Position numbers and translations under genes: made by a program
Notes under the pieces: model-generated
Databases searched by the model: none
What the model saw: only the letters and a program-made list of their open reading frames with translations
What the model was told of the DNA's origin: nothing
Part shown: positions 37,872 to 51,900 of the stretch, one piece after another
How positions within the stretch are numbered: position 1 is the stretch's first letter
How the letters are laid out: each line of letters begins with the position of its first letter
Assembly (NCBI GenBank): GCA_965645245.1
Contig: OZ287068.1
Coordinates: 124,001-188,000 of the forward strand
Direction of reading: 5' to 3'
Source: Massalongia carnosa
Lineage: Eukaryota
Length of the DNA stretch: 64,000 bases

Positions 37872-38029
37872 GAGCTAACTACTGATCTAGTGATATAGTG
37901 ACACGCGGTGAACAAAAAAACCCACACATCCGCTGATAAGAAAAAGATTCAAATTTGATAATTATCGTCTAACCCGTTAAAACCCTCGTATTCTTGTCTA
38001 TCTAGAGTTTGGCTGCTCCCGCCTATTCG

Positions 38030-40050
38030 CACCACGCTGGCGCCCTAGGGGATCAGGAACGCTCGGCTCAGAGGGCCCAGCTTGCTCGCTGAAATGCTGA
38101 CCCCTGGTGCGATTGACAGAGAAACTCCCAAATCCCAAAACTGAATGGCCTGCTGGCAGTGCCGTTCCGACCGATGCTAGCCTGACTGATGCTGCTTCGA
38201 CTAAGGCTCAACCGGGCGAGGATAAAGGGCGCTGAAAACGTATAGATGTGTTGAGAACTTAATCTAAACTAGACTGAATGTAAAGCTGGTATGCGTTCGA
38301 TTTCTATCGTCCAAGTTGCTATATTTCTTCTTTAGAAAGTGCGTTTATTCAGCTGTGGTTGCTGCTCTTTTTCTGAATGTCTGGAAAATTTTCATTTTAA
38401 TGCCTAGCTAATTAATATCTGATTGGAGCCGGATAATGAGATACTCTTTTATAAGAGAGCCGCCTTTTGAATAAAATAAGAGGCTAGAAGAAGGTCGTGG
38501 AAACTGGATGAACAAGTTTCGGAGAGAGGAAATTGCGCCAGTTCCACCGTAAGCATTACGCCTTTTCTGACTCGATCAGTTTCGAAGCAAGAGCTTATTA
38601 AACTGAATTCCTGCTGATTGTCTTATTAATTGTCATGACGCAAATTCAGGATTCTGAAAATCTTTATTTAAGCAGGTGAACTTTCCTGCTCGGAGAAAAG
38701 TTGCAAAAGTTAAACAGTAAGCGGCACGTATCACTGCTTGTGATTCGACTGTTAAATCAAGCTGTGACATAGTTGTAAAAGAAAATTCTTTGTGATAGGG
38801 AGACGCTCGCGATTGTCTTCTTCCCCTCGTCTTCTTCTGATGCCCGTGATCAGTCTCTGAAGTGAAGAATGATAAAAGATTGCCAGATCTTCCACTTTAA
38901 AATCAATTAACATAGATCTAAGCCAGGCAAGGTAACTGTGGGTCCACCTACCTGCACCTGGCGTAATACGATGACTACGTCTTGGTGCTTGGTTTGGTGG
39001 ATGATGAATGGATTCTATCTGGGAAGCGCTACTATCTATAGTGGGCGAACACATGATAAGCACGTGCCCCCTTGTTCTAGCCCTTCCGATCCATTCCATT
39101 CTAGCCTTATCTGGCTAGTCCCCTTCCTTCTAGAATCCCCTAAGAATCCCCTTCTGGAATCCCCCTTTTGGTACCTACAGTAACCCTTGAGGGTTTTAAA
39201 GGCAATTTTCCGTTTGACTAGCTCGGTGGTTTATGAAGCTATTCTTTACAATATAACAGGAAATAGGAAAAGATCTTGTTGACTAGACAATGAATCTCGT
39301 AGCTTCTTTTAGCTGAGGAATTAAAATCTCAAGTCTTGGTTGCTAAATCAAATCATATCAGATTGATTGACTCTTTGTCAAAAGAAGTTTGAGTGCAAAA
39401 GATTGGAGGAGGATCATGAACAAAGGTGTTGCTAATGTCTGGAAATTAGAATACCTGTCAGTGATCTTTGGTATTTTTCCTCGAGACAACATGTCAATAG
39501 CAGCATTGTCTGTGGTGCTGATTCATCAAGGTTTAATCTTAATGTCATTCAAAGCGGCCAACATGGCAATTGCCCAAAGGGCATGTATAGCACTACCTCG
39601 AATAGATGTTGTTTTTACTCCTATTGCAACAGCAAAATTGTCACAATGAAGAACCAAATAGCTTCCTTTAACAAAGAAGAGCCATTTTTAACCGTCATAC
39701 TCGCATTAAGGAGCCCTCTAGAGTACGGAGTACTGTGGAAGATGCAGTTGTCAAAACTCAATTTCTCGATAATGCGGCCGTTGTACTCCGTAGTCAGCAT
39801 TGAAAATATAGTGAGAAGTTCCACAGCAAGCTTGACAAGTTAAAATGACGCGCTTCCGATGTATGTAATGAGATTGACTTCGGTAGAGGCGAAGAAACTA
39901 TCGATGTGTTGAACGAAATTTGAAAATGACATGGACCTAGGTACAGCGCCTTCCAACTGGCTCATTTATCTATCGCTAAAGAGATGCTAATTGCCCGAGC
40001 CCATATACTTATAAAGTTTCGTTGTGTGAAAGGATGTCAATATAAGAAAG
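38030..40050 (-). mobile_element. Decayed DIRS/Ngaro-type tyrosine-recombinase retrotransposon
   Basis: Minus strand: KTLKGYLAWLRS...LQRLITGIRR...RLPIT, FATFLRAGKF, TFRKRAATTA...LGR*KSNAYQLYI (recombinase catalytic motifs). Weak RT-like traces upstream. Ends approximate. Confidence 0.75.
38937..39179. mobile_element. Solo LTR (243 bp) in the recombinase gene
   Basis: TG...CA ends. TSD gtaac at 38932-38936 and 39180-39184. Removal rejoins KGY-LAW. Confidence 0.9.
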
Positions 40051-40100
40051 TGGTCTTGTGGTCAATTTCATGCCAAATACGGCGAAGATAATCAACTCGT

Positions 40101-40533
40101 TGTATGGGTGGCACGGAAGTCAGGTGACAGATAGTTCTTTTCCTTTAGATACAGAGCAGAGCATGCTTGTAGCTTAGCTACAGCACACATAGCTATAACA
40201 ACACACAGCATCAACACATGCAGTTCACATACAGAGACACGATGCACGAGGCACGAGGCATACAGTGACTAGTCTAGCTATTGTTTTTATTCTATTGTCT
40301 TGTTCTTCTCCTAACCTCCTAGCAGTAGTGGTATCAAAAGGCAGTATAGTAATTTATAGTCAATAGAAGATAGAACGCTTGCTTTTGTTATATATTGGGA
40401 ATACGTAGCTAGATTTATAGACAATGTACGGTATGGTACTACCCGTGCGGTTAACCCTAAGGCTGAAATGAAGTAGCCTAATTAATACAAGGTACTTCGT
40501 ACATTCTAACAAGTGGAATTTTATCCTTCCACG
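40101..40533 (+). mobile_element. Solo LTR related to the Gypsy 3 LTR, itself carrying a nested insertion
   Basis: Shares ggaagtcaggtgacag, gaggcac repeats, cctagcagtagtgg and atccttccac with 54355-54704. 4-bp TSD tcgt at 40097-40100 and 40534-40537. Confidence 0.82.
40332..40511. mobile_element. Probable solo LTR (180 bp) nested in the previous solo LTR
   Basis: TSD agtgg at 40327-40331 and 40512-40516. Ends TA...CA (TG presumably mutated). Confidence 0.7.
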
Positions 40534-40719
40534 TCGTCTTTAAAAACTTTCGCACTTTTTAGCTAGTACTAGAAGTTGCATTCGTTACCCATACAAGCCC
40601 TCAATAGTCATTGTGATCACGTAGAATTGCTCCCCGACTCTATAGCTATCTTGGCCGAAAGTTATATCGTCCCTTCTGTTGTGGCTGCATTGTGGCAACC
40701 ATGGGGAGCTCTTTTGTCG

Positions 40720-43700
40720 TGGCAATGCGTGTGGCAAGGAGGGCCACGGGGCAAGCGCAGAGTCTTGCCCGGAGCGAAAGAAGGAAAAGGCCCGAATGAA
40801 GCGGGCTAAAGAAGAAGCCCTCCCCTTCTGGCCTCTCAGGGCCTCCTCAAGGGAGACCCTAAATGGTCAGGAACAAGAACGGAGCAGTCCGCCGGCATCG
40901 ACCACGCCGACGGTCACGACAAGCAGTGAGGTGACCCCAGCCTCAACCCAGGTGGAACAGGGCCCTCGAACGGGCTCTGTACGGGAGGAAGATTGGCAAA
41001 CCGTGCCAACTCTCCGCAAGGGGAAGAAGCGGGCGCATGGGGAGGTAGAGCCCCGGGCAGACAACCCCAGCTCTACCAACAGGAGCATGGCACAAGCAGC
41101 TTCTAAGAAGGGAAAGAAGAAACCCTCCTCGAAGGCTGTAGAGGGCTTGAGTGATAAGGAGAACGACGATAGTTCTTCAATGACCACCAGATCGGCAACC
41201 CGTCGCTTGCAGCCCAGTACTCAGACAGAAGAGGAACTATGAGTGAATACACCCACTATCTGTCCATACTTCAGTACAACTGCAACGAATCCAAGAACAC
41301 TGTCATGGCGGACTTCCTTCGCAGGGAGGAAACCATGTAATACGGCATCCTGGCCATCCAGGAACCCTGGGCGGGGAACCCCTATCAACACACCACGCAC
41401 AATCCGGTCAAAAATGTTTTTCACCTTCTCTATCCCCCCGAAACAGGAGAAGAAGAGCTCCCTCCGAGAGTATGCATGTTCGTCAACAAAGACATAGCAG
41501 GCGCCTCTCGGAAGGTAACCTTCCACTCTCCCGATCTGATGACTTTCCACTTGGAATTTCCTGGCGAAACCCAGCGAGTCATCAATATCCATAACATCTA
41601 CAATCCCTCCCCCTCTCAGGGAAACTACAGCACCTTGCCAGACCTAAGCAAGGCGCTAGAGGTGGAGGGAGAGCACATAGTGGTAGGGGACTTCAATCTT
41701 CACCATCCCCTATGGACTGGCGAAGACTACCATCATCAACATCCGGAGGCAGACCAACTACTGGAGATTCTCGATCAAAGCGAGCTAGAACTTCTGCTCC
41801 CCCCTGGCACCATAACATACGATCATAGATCAGCACAGAGCACTATAGACTTAACGTTCGCAACCCCCGCAGTGGCTTCAGCCGTACTCATGTGCGATGT
41901 GAGAAGAGAGTTAAATAGTGACTCAGATCATTACCCCATTGGCACAGCATTCGATATCACCACAGTTAAGAGGGCCATAAGGTCCTCTCGCGTGTGGTCT
42001 AAGATTGATAGGAAAAAGCTACTGTCAAATTATAGGATAACTAATCCTAAACATCAGTGGTAACTCAGGATGATATATCCGAAGGGTTATTCCGGCCCGA
42101 CTAGACACGTGGCCTCCCCCCTTAGATAGATTCCCACTTTTCCACATCCTCCACAATACAATCAACATCTACCCAATTCCCTGATTATGCCTTTTGACCC
42201 TTATATATTTAACAGCTACTAGACACGCTGACAGACAAGCTCCCGGCACCTAGGAGCGTGAGCACAGTTCAAGAACTCGACAACTTGGCCCATGAGTTAG
42301 TTGAAGCTATCCAGCACGCAGTGGAGACAGCAGTCGCACTTTCCAGAGGGTGCAATCATTCAAAACCTGGCTTTACCCCGGAATGCAAAGAGGCAGTCAC
42401 CCTATGCAGACGTCTCAGGCGCAAGCATAAGGAAACGCGCTCTCTGGAAGACTGGGAAGCCTACCGAGAGGCGAGAAACAGCGAAAAGAAAATCGTACAA
42501 AAAGCTCTCAAGACAACACATAGGGACAGGGTAGAGGAGGCCACCAGCACTCCAGATAGTCTCTAGAAGCTTGCGAAATGGGCTAAGAACAGGTCGACCC
42601 CATTCCAAGCCTTCATCCCAACCCTAATGAAAAGCGATGGCTCCAAAGTGACGGAGGCCTCGGGCAAAGCTGAACTGCTTCGCAGACAGTTTTTTCCTAT
42701 CCCGGACGCCACCAATCTTGAAGACATCGCCGATTATCACTATCCAGAGCCAATCCAATTTGCTCCCATCTCAGCTCGGGAAATAACTAAAGCCATCACA
42801 AAGGCAGCACCACTCTCGGCCCCAGGCCCCGACGGACTGCCTAATAGAATCCTCAGAGATATGTTACCGCTCATCATGCCCACACTTGTAGCTCTGCATA
42901 ACGCCAGCTGGGAACTGGGTCATCACCCCAATGCTTTAAGAGAATCCACCACGGTGGTTCTCAGAAAACCAGCTAAGGCCGACTACAGTTTGCCGAATTC
43001 ATACAAACCCATAGCCTTGCTCAACACTTTAGGTAAGACTATGGAGAAGATCATTGCAACCAGAATCAATCACGCGGTGGAGACCGAGAGCCTACTCCCC
43101 AGCCTCCATATAGGCGGCAGGCGAGCTAGATCACCCGAACACGCCCTCCATCTGCTCCTAGAGGCCATCCACGCAGCCTGGCTTAACAACGAAGTGGCCA
43201 CAGTGCTCATGCTGGACATCTCGGGTGCTTACGATAACGTATCCCACAAAAGACTACTGCACAACCTACGGAAGAGAAGAATAGGCGGCAACATAGCTAA
43301 ATGGATCGAAAGCTTCCTTCAGGAAAGGAAAACGACCATCGCCATGCCCGACTACACCTCGCAACCATTCACCACGAACTTTGGAGTCCCTCAGAGATCC
43401 CCTATATCTCCTATTCTTTATCTCTTCTACAACGCCGACCTTATGGAAGAGGAAGGGCCCAAAAAGATGAATTGGGCTATGTCGATGACATATCCAAACT
43501 AATTATTGGAACTTCAGCAGAAAAGAACTGTAGAAATCTCGAAGCCTCGTTCATGACGAGGGAGCAGAAATGGGCGGACACACACGCCTCCAAATTTGCC
43601 CCCGCCAAATTCCAGCTCTTGCACTTAATTAAAGAACCCTTAGAGACGGATTTGAACCCCCCGGAGAGAGCTATCTCCCTAGCGGACAAAACCATCAAGC

Positions 43701-45653
43701 CACAGCATACCGCCACCTACCTGGGCGCCACATTCGACGACAAGCTCAAATGGCACGCCCATTTAAGGAAACTAGAAGCCAAAACCTCAAAGAGACTGGG
43801 GGCCCTAGGCAGCCTTGCGGGCTCCACATGGAGCACCAGTCTTGCGAGCCTTCGAAGGATCTATTAAGCCACCATACTACCGCAACTCACCTTTGGATGC
43901 TCTGCATGGTATGTTCCCGAGGGCGGATACGGGACTATCACGCAAGCAACCGCCGTGCTCAAAGCCGTCAGATTTATTCAGCGACGGGCGGCACTGATCA
44001 TTTCAGGGGCATTTAGAACAACCTCGGGCCCGGCCTTGGATATGGAGCTTCACCTCCTGCCTAGCCGGCAACGCATGGAGCAGGCAGTGAACGAGTCACT
44101 ATAACACATACGTTCAAGCCCCCTTTACGCCATAATACGTGAGATCCGCGCCTGGAAAAGCCAAGCGGACTCCCACTATCGATACTGGAGCCCTCTAGCT
44201 AAGCTAGAGTCCCGCTTAATGACTTCGGGGAAATGCCCTCAACCCTGGCGGTTAGAGGTCATTCTTCCATTCATAGTGGAACCATGGTGGTCTCCCCCCG
44301 AAACGCACATTGCTTCCAGTAAAGAGGAAGCAATCAAAGAGCATGACAAGATGACATCAGAGCCGAACCAAATAGTCATATACACGGATGGGAGTGATAA
44401 CCCCTTCGGAGTTGGTGCGGCAGCGGTCATCCCCAGCGACAACACATGGGTAGGAACCCGCCTCGGAACGAACAAAGAGCCACAGTTTACCTCGCGGAAC
44501 TAGTGGGCATCGACCTGGGACTGGCGGCGGCTATTGCACGATGGCAAGGGGAGATAATAACGGTTTTTGCAGATATTCAATCAGCCATCAAATCAGTAGC
44601 CGACCCCGGAACTCAATCAGGTCAGTTCATACTACGCGAGATCATTGGAAAACTCCACGCATGCCGGGAGATGCAGGCCAGAGTCAGACTCTGACGGATA
44701 CCTGGGCATATGGGAGTAGAAGGCAACGAGATAGCAGACCATGCAGCAAAAGAAGCATCAGGCTGGTTAGAACCTGGCCAGAGTCCCTCCATCACCCACT
44801 TCGACTTCCTCGGACACACAGTGAAGTCGGCGATAAAACGCAACATGAGGACAATGATCAGCAAAGAATGGGCTGGGGATTGGGAGGCAGAAAAACGCGG
44901 ACAGATGACGAAAAAGCTCCTCCCCCAGCCCACTAACAAGGTCTTGCAGCTCTACCAGGGGCTTCACAAGTCAATGAGTTCCACCCTGGTGCAGATGAGA
45001 ACAGGTAAGATTGGTCTCCGCAAGTATCTCTCAGATATAGGCCGCACCGAAACGGACGAATGTCCATGCGGCTTCGGTTATCAAAAAGTCCACCATGTGC
45101 TTCTGGAGTGCGTCAGGCACCATCGACTGCGCATGGAGACTATCTGGATAGGCCGGAAGGTGTTCGATCTCCAAGAAATTTTTAGCACCCCCAGCCTGGC
45201 CAAGGCAGCATCCAAATTCATGCTATCCTCACATCTCCTCGGCCAATTTGGAGACGTGAGGATAGCAACCGAACAATCCACGAGTTAACGGCAGGCCGGC
45301 TCTTGTTTTATCCCGCTCACAGAATAGTTTCTACTATGGTAAGGCTTGCATGTATTAACACCAAGCACAGGGGCCCAGGAGGGTGGCGTTGGAGTTCTAT
45401 TTATCGATTTGTCTCAAGCGGTTTGTCCCTCTGTTCGTGTCTTCTTTTCCCTCTTCCTTGCATTCGCAACCCCTTGTACAGCTAAAAGAGTTTTTGTATT
45501 TTTTGTACTTTCAGCGTTTAGTGCAGCAATTCTGCCCTCAGCAGACTTAGATACCCCATCCCCTGGGACACCCCCCGATGTAGTTTAGCACTCCTGCATA
45601 AGGGCCTTCGGCCCTTGGATCGGTGTATGAATCAATCAATCAATCAATCAATC
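40720..45653 (+). mobile_element. Tad1-like LINE with RNase H, 5'-truncated in ORF1, ORF2 decayed
   Basis: Last zinc knuckle of ORF1 (stop 41242). ORF2 from ATG 41239: APE (ILAIQEPW, GDFNLHH, SDHYPI), RT (YVDD), RNase H (IYTDGS, GNEIAD), stop 45288. (aatc)6 tail 45630-45653. No TSD found; 5' end approximate. Confidence 0.92.
42023..42214. mobile_element. Solo LTR (192 bp) in LINE ORF2
   Basis: TG...CA ends. TSD gctac at 42018-42022 and 42215-42219. Confidence 0.9.
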
Positions 45654-46450
45654 TACCACCATTTCTTTAGTCAAGATAAACTTGATTTTTATCTTCCCAA
45701 TTCAACTACCTCCCTGATCCAGTGCCATTCGATCTCAATGTGCTTGGTGCGACGGTGAAACTCCGGGTTTTCAGCCAGCGCAACCGACCCTTGATTGTCC
45801 CCTCGGAGTAGGACTAGGGTGCCTTTCGTCCAGTATCCCAGCTCTGTCAGAAATCGCGCGCACCAAATGGCCTCTTTAGCCGCTTCCGTCATGGACATAT
45901 ATTCGGCATCGCAGGTGGATAGGGCGACGGTGGGTTGTAGCTTGGAACAATGAGAAATCGGGGCGCCTGCTAACAAGAATGTATAGGCCCCTGTTGATCT
46001 TCTCCCATCTTTCGTTCTAGCATAGTCGGAGTCCGAGTACCCTATAATGTCATCCTCCATGTCTCTTCTGAACACGAAGCCATCATTCAAGGTACTGGAG
46101 ATATTTGCAGTGGAGTGGGACCGGGTTCGAACAATATCGACTCAGTGCTCCCAATGCATAAGCGATGTCGGGGCGTGTATGCATGGCTGGCCACATCAGC
46201 GAGCCCTACCACCGACTAGTAACAGGTAATTGTTTTCTTGTTGGCCTGGTCTTCCGACGGCATGAGTGTGTTTCCGGCACCGGGGTCCATGGGGGTGGAT
46301 ATAGGCCTGCAGTCGAGCACACCGATCGAAGATTGCTCCGCTATCCCACGACGTAATTCTTTGACAGATTACATTCTCGATCATGTCTTGAGGTCACCAT
46401 AGATAAGCCGAATGACGCTCGCAAACGTCGAATCATCCTCCTTGAACTTG
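45654..46450 (-). pseudogene. Copia RT/RNase H fragment
   Basis: GYSDSDYA...RRSTGAY...VALSTCDAEY...RTKHIE. Upstream YQSVVGSLMW...TRPDIAY. No LTR seen. Confidence 0.85.
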
Positions 46451-47819
46451 AACTGTCGCACAAATATATCCTCCAATATTTGAATATTATTAGATGTTGT
46501 GCTCTCTATGAAATTATTGATTCACTTTATAGTTATAATAGCATGATTGTCATTGAAGGTGTGGATTATATGTGAGTTATCTACTCATTATATAGCAGTC
46601 ATATTGAAGACCTTCCGGCGACCCCCTTTCATAGGGAGTCAGCTGGTCCACTGATTTTCGGTCCCCGGAGGTCACTTCGGCCCCCGTGGTAGGGTCACCG
46701 TAGATAGGCACTAGATGGATGCCCATGATGGTAGTCTAACAGTCCTTACCATCTAACAACATCTAACACTCTCATCCTTCATGACTGATTTGCTAGAAAT
46801 GTAATTGATCTTGTATTTTTTCATCTTATTCAGCACGGGCATTGCAGTCGATCAGGAAAGTTGAACGTCGCCGATCTCTGGGCCATAAAGCGCTCGAATC
46901 GCTGACTCTAGATGATGAAGAAGAATCTAAGTGCGCGGCGCATTAGCGATTGAGCGCGGTATATACATCTCGTCCTGTATTGAACTCACCTGCATCTCGA
47001 GATTACCAGTCTTCAGCTTTCGCGATTCTTTCAGCTGATAAAAGATGCGTGACGGGATGTGTAGAAGTATGAGGTTATTCATTGTTGTTATATTAATGAT
47101 TCTATGACTCTACTTCTAAGGTCTAAAATCATCCTAGTCCAGGATGCGTGCCGCATACCGGGTCTACTGTTACACGTGACCATAATAATGTCTAGCGCCA
47201 AAACGTAATTTACTAGTCAACGGGACAAACCGCTCAACGGGACTAACTAAATTTCGCTTAATTCTTGAAGCCTCCCTCCCACCCATTTTACATACAGTTT
47301 CGGCTTCAATGTCTAATAATTGTAAAAATGATGATCATCTGCATGTAAGTTTACTAAAACAATCACATTTTACGTGGTGGACGAACAATACGACCCCGTC
47401 TGGTAATTTGAACCTCCTTCACCACCTCAACCACCTGTCATGGAGTGACTGGGCACCTGCCAGTTAGTTCATTGAATCAACCTTAGCTGCTTGAACGAAG
47501 CACTAGCCGGTTAGCCGATCCGAAAGGAACTAAGCTTAATCCGGTTCAAAGGTAAGTGTTCCGACTATCAATAGTGTCATGGCGATAGTTTCATGCTAGG
47601 GACTTGGGGAAATTGGATCAACGGCTGGATTGGGACTAGTTCCGTTCGCCAGAGTCTTATACTCGCCCACGTTGGATTTTCTGTTTCTTTTCTCCTTGTC
47701 GAACGTCTTGTCCACCTAGCTAGACAATCAAGTAACACGTTTGCACCACCTGAATTCCTACCTGACCTCGCACCGTGACACTACGTTCGACCTGCCTATT
47801 CACCTGGTGCATCACCATC

Positions 47820-48974
47820 ATGTCCATCAACCTCGACCCCCCTATCTCCGTTTCCAACGCCGACGAACTGAGAACTGCCGTGCAGCAACAGCCACAGGCA
47901 TGGCTCGAGTTCCTTCTTCGCGTCACCAACTTCTCGGCCAATGCTCAGGAACTTATCACCACTTTAGAGACCGACAAAGCAACTGCACTATCTTCCCTTG
48001 AGCAGGTTAACATCACTCTGTCCGAGAATGCAATCACCATGGCCGCTGGACAAGCTGTCATAGACGAACTTCGCACCAATCTGATCGATGCCTCGCAGTC
48101 TAAGTCACATCGTTCTACCAAACATCCGGACCCATCTTCCTTTGGTGGCGATAAGGCAGAACTTCGGGGATGGATGACGCAACTCCGAATAAAGCTGAAC
48201 ATCAACAAGGACCACTATCCCACCGAGCAAAGCAAGCTCGCTTATGCACTAAGCCGCTTGAAGGAGAGAGCATTGGAACAACTGCAGCCGTACCTGGAAA
48301 AAGATGGAAATATCGCTCTTGTCGATATGGAAGCGTTTTATACAAAATTGCAATTGGCCTTCGGTGACCCCGATAGAAAAGCGACAGCACAAAGGGAACT
48401 GCGACAGCTTCGACAAAAGAATAAAGAGTTCTACCTATACCTATCAGATTATCAACGTCTCGTTCCAGACACAGGCTTCGATGATGAAGCCAAGCGATCC
48501 ATTCTCCTAGATGGTCTCAGTGATGAGTTGAAATCTGCTCTCATCACGGTTGACCTACCCCCGTCGTTGGACGACACCATACAAGTTCTCCAGAAAATTG
48601 ATAATCGATTCCGTTCCGTCCAGGCCTCAATCCGCAAACCATTTTCATATGGTTCATCTCGCTCTTCCTCCGCCCCGTCCACCCCGACTACCAAGACCTC
48701 TTCCACCTCCACCTTCAGCACTCCCGCTCCTAGGCCCGCAATCACCCCATCCGCAGACACGGACGCCATGGACCTGTCGACCTCCAGGCGTCGCGGTCCC
48801 ATCACCCCGGCGGAAAGATCACGCCGCATGAACGAAGGACTATGCATGTACTGTGGAGGATCAGGACATTTCGCCAATTCCTGCCCAGCCTCCAAGGGAA
48901 AACCTAGAGTGAGGACATATGAACTGAGCACGGTGACTTCGGAAGAGGAGGGAAAAGTTCAGTCTTCGGCCTAA
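47820..48974 (+). CDS. gag: Gag of chromovirus 2
   Basis: Homologous to the gag at 2758. DAMDLS and CMYCGGSGHFANSC. Confidence 0.92.
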   Translation: MSINLDPPISVSNADELRTAVQQQPQAWLEFLLRVTNFSANAQELITTLETDKATALSSLEQVNITLSENAITMAAGQAVIDELRTNLIDASQSKSHRSTKHPDPSSFGGDKAELRGWMTQLRIKLNINKDHYPTEQSKLAYALSRLKERALEQLQPYLEKDGNIALVDMEAFYTKLQLAFGDPDRKATAQRELRQLRQKNKEFYLYLSDYQRLVPDTGFDDEAKRSILLDGLSDELKSALITVDLPPSLDDTIQVLQKIDNRFRSVQASIRKPFSYGSSRSSSAPSTPTTKTSSTSTFSTPAPRPAITPSADTDAMDLSTSRRRGPITPAERSRRMNEGLCMYCGGSGHFANSCPASKGKPRVRTYELSTVTSEEEGKVQSSA

Positions 48975-51900
48975 GTCGCGGCCGAAGACAAAAAGAAACT
49001 ATTTCGATTTCGGCATTTTCCTTGTCCAAAGAACCTCTATCCGAAGAATATTTGGATGGAAGGCATTTGGTTGTGTCTCTTGTTGTTTCCATAGGAACAA
49101 TCAGAATCAAGACTTATGCATTGATTGATTGTGGAGCATCTGGATTTGCCTTTGTTGATTCCTCGTTCGCGCACCATCATCGCATACCCCTCGCCCTCAT
49201 GAAGAACCCTCGTATTCTTGAACTCGCAGACGGCCGTCCCGTGTCGTCTGGAAAGCTTACTCACCTCGCCCGTCTGAACCTTGACATCGCCTCGCATTCC
49301 GAACCCGCTAACCTTCTCGTCACCAGCCTCGGTCACTATCCCATCGTTCTCGGCATTAAATGGCTGCAAATTCACGACGTCAGCATACGATGGGCAATGA
49401 ACTCTCTCACTTTCAACTCACCTTACTGCCGTCAGCACTGTCTTGACAACTCCGAGTCAAACACGGTCATCGGCATAACCAACGTTCCAGAACTCCGCGC
49501 TGAAAAACCCCTCGTCGTTGAAAGCAGCGCTAGTCCCGACTTGACTGCTGCAATCACCGAAGACCCTAGTTCCGAAGCGGTTAGATTTAACAGGCCCGGC
49601 CGGTTAAATCGGCGCGTTAATTCAAAATCGATCGCGATCGCCGCCCCCTCGCCCATCTTGCCTCCGACCTTGCCCGTTTCGCCTATCTTGCCTTGGACTT
49701 CACCCGTCCCGTCCCTGCTCGTTCCGCCGCCGACCCATAAGAATCCACCATTGAGCATATGTATGATAGGGGCAGCCCCCTTTACCCGTCTAGCGAAGAA
49801 GAAGGAGTGTGAACTCTTTACCGTGAACATGAGAGACATTGAACATTCCTTGAACCCTAAGCCGGAAGTTGATCCCGCTACAGTGTTGCCATCGGAATAT
49901 CATGAATTTCTTGATGTATTTTCCAAGAAAGAAGCTGATAAACTTCCGGGGCGACGTAGCCATGATCATAAAATTCCGTTGATGAATGGAAAGGAACCCA
50001 CGTATGGCCCGTTATATGGCATGAGTCGAGATGAACTGTTAGTTCTACAGAAGTATCTGACGGAAAACCTGAAGAAGGGTTTTATTCGGTCCAGTTCTTC
50101 CCCTGCTGCGTCCCCGGTGTTGTTCGTTAGGAAACCAGGCGGAGGCCTGCGTTTTTGTGTTGATTACAGAGCATTAAATGCGATAACGATCAAGAACAGA
50201 TACCCCCTACCTTTGATCAGAGAAACCTTGGACCGCTTGAGTAAAGCAGTTATCTTTACTAAGTTGGATATTGTCGCGGCCTTCAACCGTCTCCGTGTAG
50301 CTCATGGAGAGGAATGGAAGACTGCCTTTCGAACACGCTATGGATTATATGAATATCTCGTCATGCCGTTTGGACTCTGTGGAGCCCCATCTTCGTTTCA
50401 GGAGTACATTAATGATGTGCTTCGTGAATATCTAGACATCTTCTGCACCGCGTACATCGATGACATATTGATTTACAGCAATTCCCTGAAAGAACACAAG
50501 GATCATGTGAGAAAAGTGCTGATGGCCTTACAAAAGGCCGGATTACAACTCGACATCTCAAAGTGTGAATTCCATGTCACGGAGACCATTTACTTAGGGT
50601 TAATAATATCCAAAGATGGTATAAGAATGGACCCTAAGAAAATTGAAACTATTCAGAATTGGAACACCCCCGAGAACCTCAAGGACGTGCAGGCCTTCAT
50701 AGGATTCGCGAATTTCTATCGTCGATTTGTCAAGGGTTTCTCTCGTATAGCCGGACCATTGACTGCTATGTCAAAAAAGAAGATACCATTCGTATGGACC
50801 GATGACTGCGCCAAGGCCTTCGAAGATCTGAAGGCTATGTTCACTAGTGACCTTGTTTTGCTGCATTTTGACCCTGATAAGGAAAGCGTGGTTGAAACTG
50901 ACTCTTCCGATTATGTCAATGCCGGAGTCCTCTCACAGTATGATGACGATGGAGTCCTTCGCCCCGTAGCCTTTTTCTCGCGACGTTTGTCACCGGCAGA
51001 GTGCAATTACGAGATTTATGATAAAGAACTGTTAGCCATAATACGTGCCTTCGAGGAATGGAGACCAGAACTTCAGGGAGCCGCCTACCCGGTCAAGGTA
51101 ATCACTGATCATAAAAACCTGGAGTATTTCACCACCACCAAGCAGCTAAGCAGGCGACAGGCCCGCTGGGCAGAATATCTCTCACGTTTCGACTTCAAAA
51201 TCACGTATCGACCCGGCAAATTAGGCGGAAAACCTGACGCTTTGACTAGAAGATCAGGAGATCTTCCTAAAGAAGGGGACGTGAGACTAGAACATCAGAA
51301 TCAGGTGGTATTAAAACCGCATAATTTTGAACTTCATGCTAACAACGTGCCTCGTGTGACTGACGTGTCCGACTCTGAACCTGACATCGCACCTGACATC
51401 GCACCTGACATCGCCATTGAACCATCGAATCTCGCCCCTGCCCTCGACTCGGAAGACAAATCTATAGACGAACTCATTGATCTAGGATATGAACATGACC
51501 CCACGCCTAACAAAATCCTGACCCTTCTCCGAAACGGTGCTCGACACAGCAAGGACATCACCCTAGCCGAATGCGAAGACAGGAATGGAAGACTATACTA
51601 CAAGGAAAGGCTTTATGTCCCTGATTGGCATGAACTAAAAATGAGACTATGCAAGGAATATCACGACAGCCCAGTCGCCGGCCATCCAGGCAGATCTAAA
51701 ACATTTAGTCTGATGGCGCGAGACTACTACTGGCCCCGATATCATCAGTTCATTGCTCGCTATGTTCAACACTGTCATACATGCTCTCGCAGTAAGGCTT
51801 CCCATCATGCCAAGTACGGAGTGTTAAAACCTTTGCCCGTTCCCCAACAACGATGGAAGGACATATCTATGGATTTCGTTACCGGCCTACCCGAAAGTAG

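Noticed and set aside
47593..47778. Identical 61-aa ORFs at 47593 and 53112
   Set aside because: Simply the two LTR copies.
51380..51415. 12-bp tandem repeat (PDIA x3) in pol, and a 24-bp duplication at 31138-31187
   Set aside because: Ordinary slippage duplications in unconstrained sequence.
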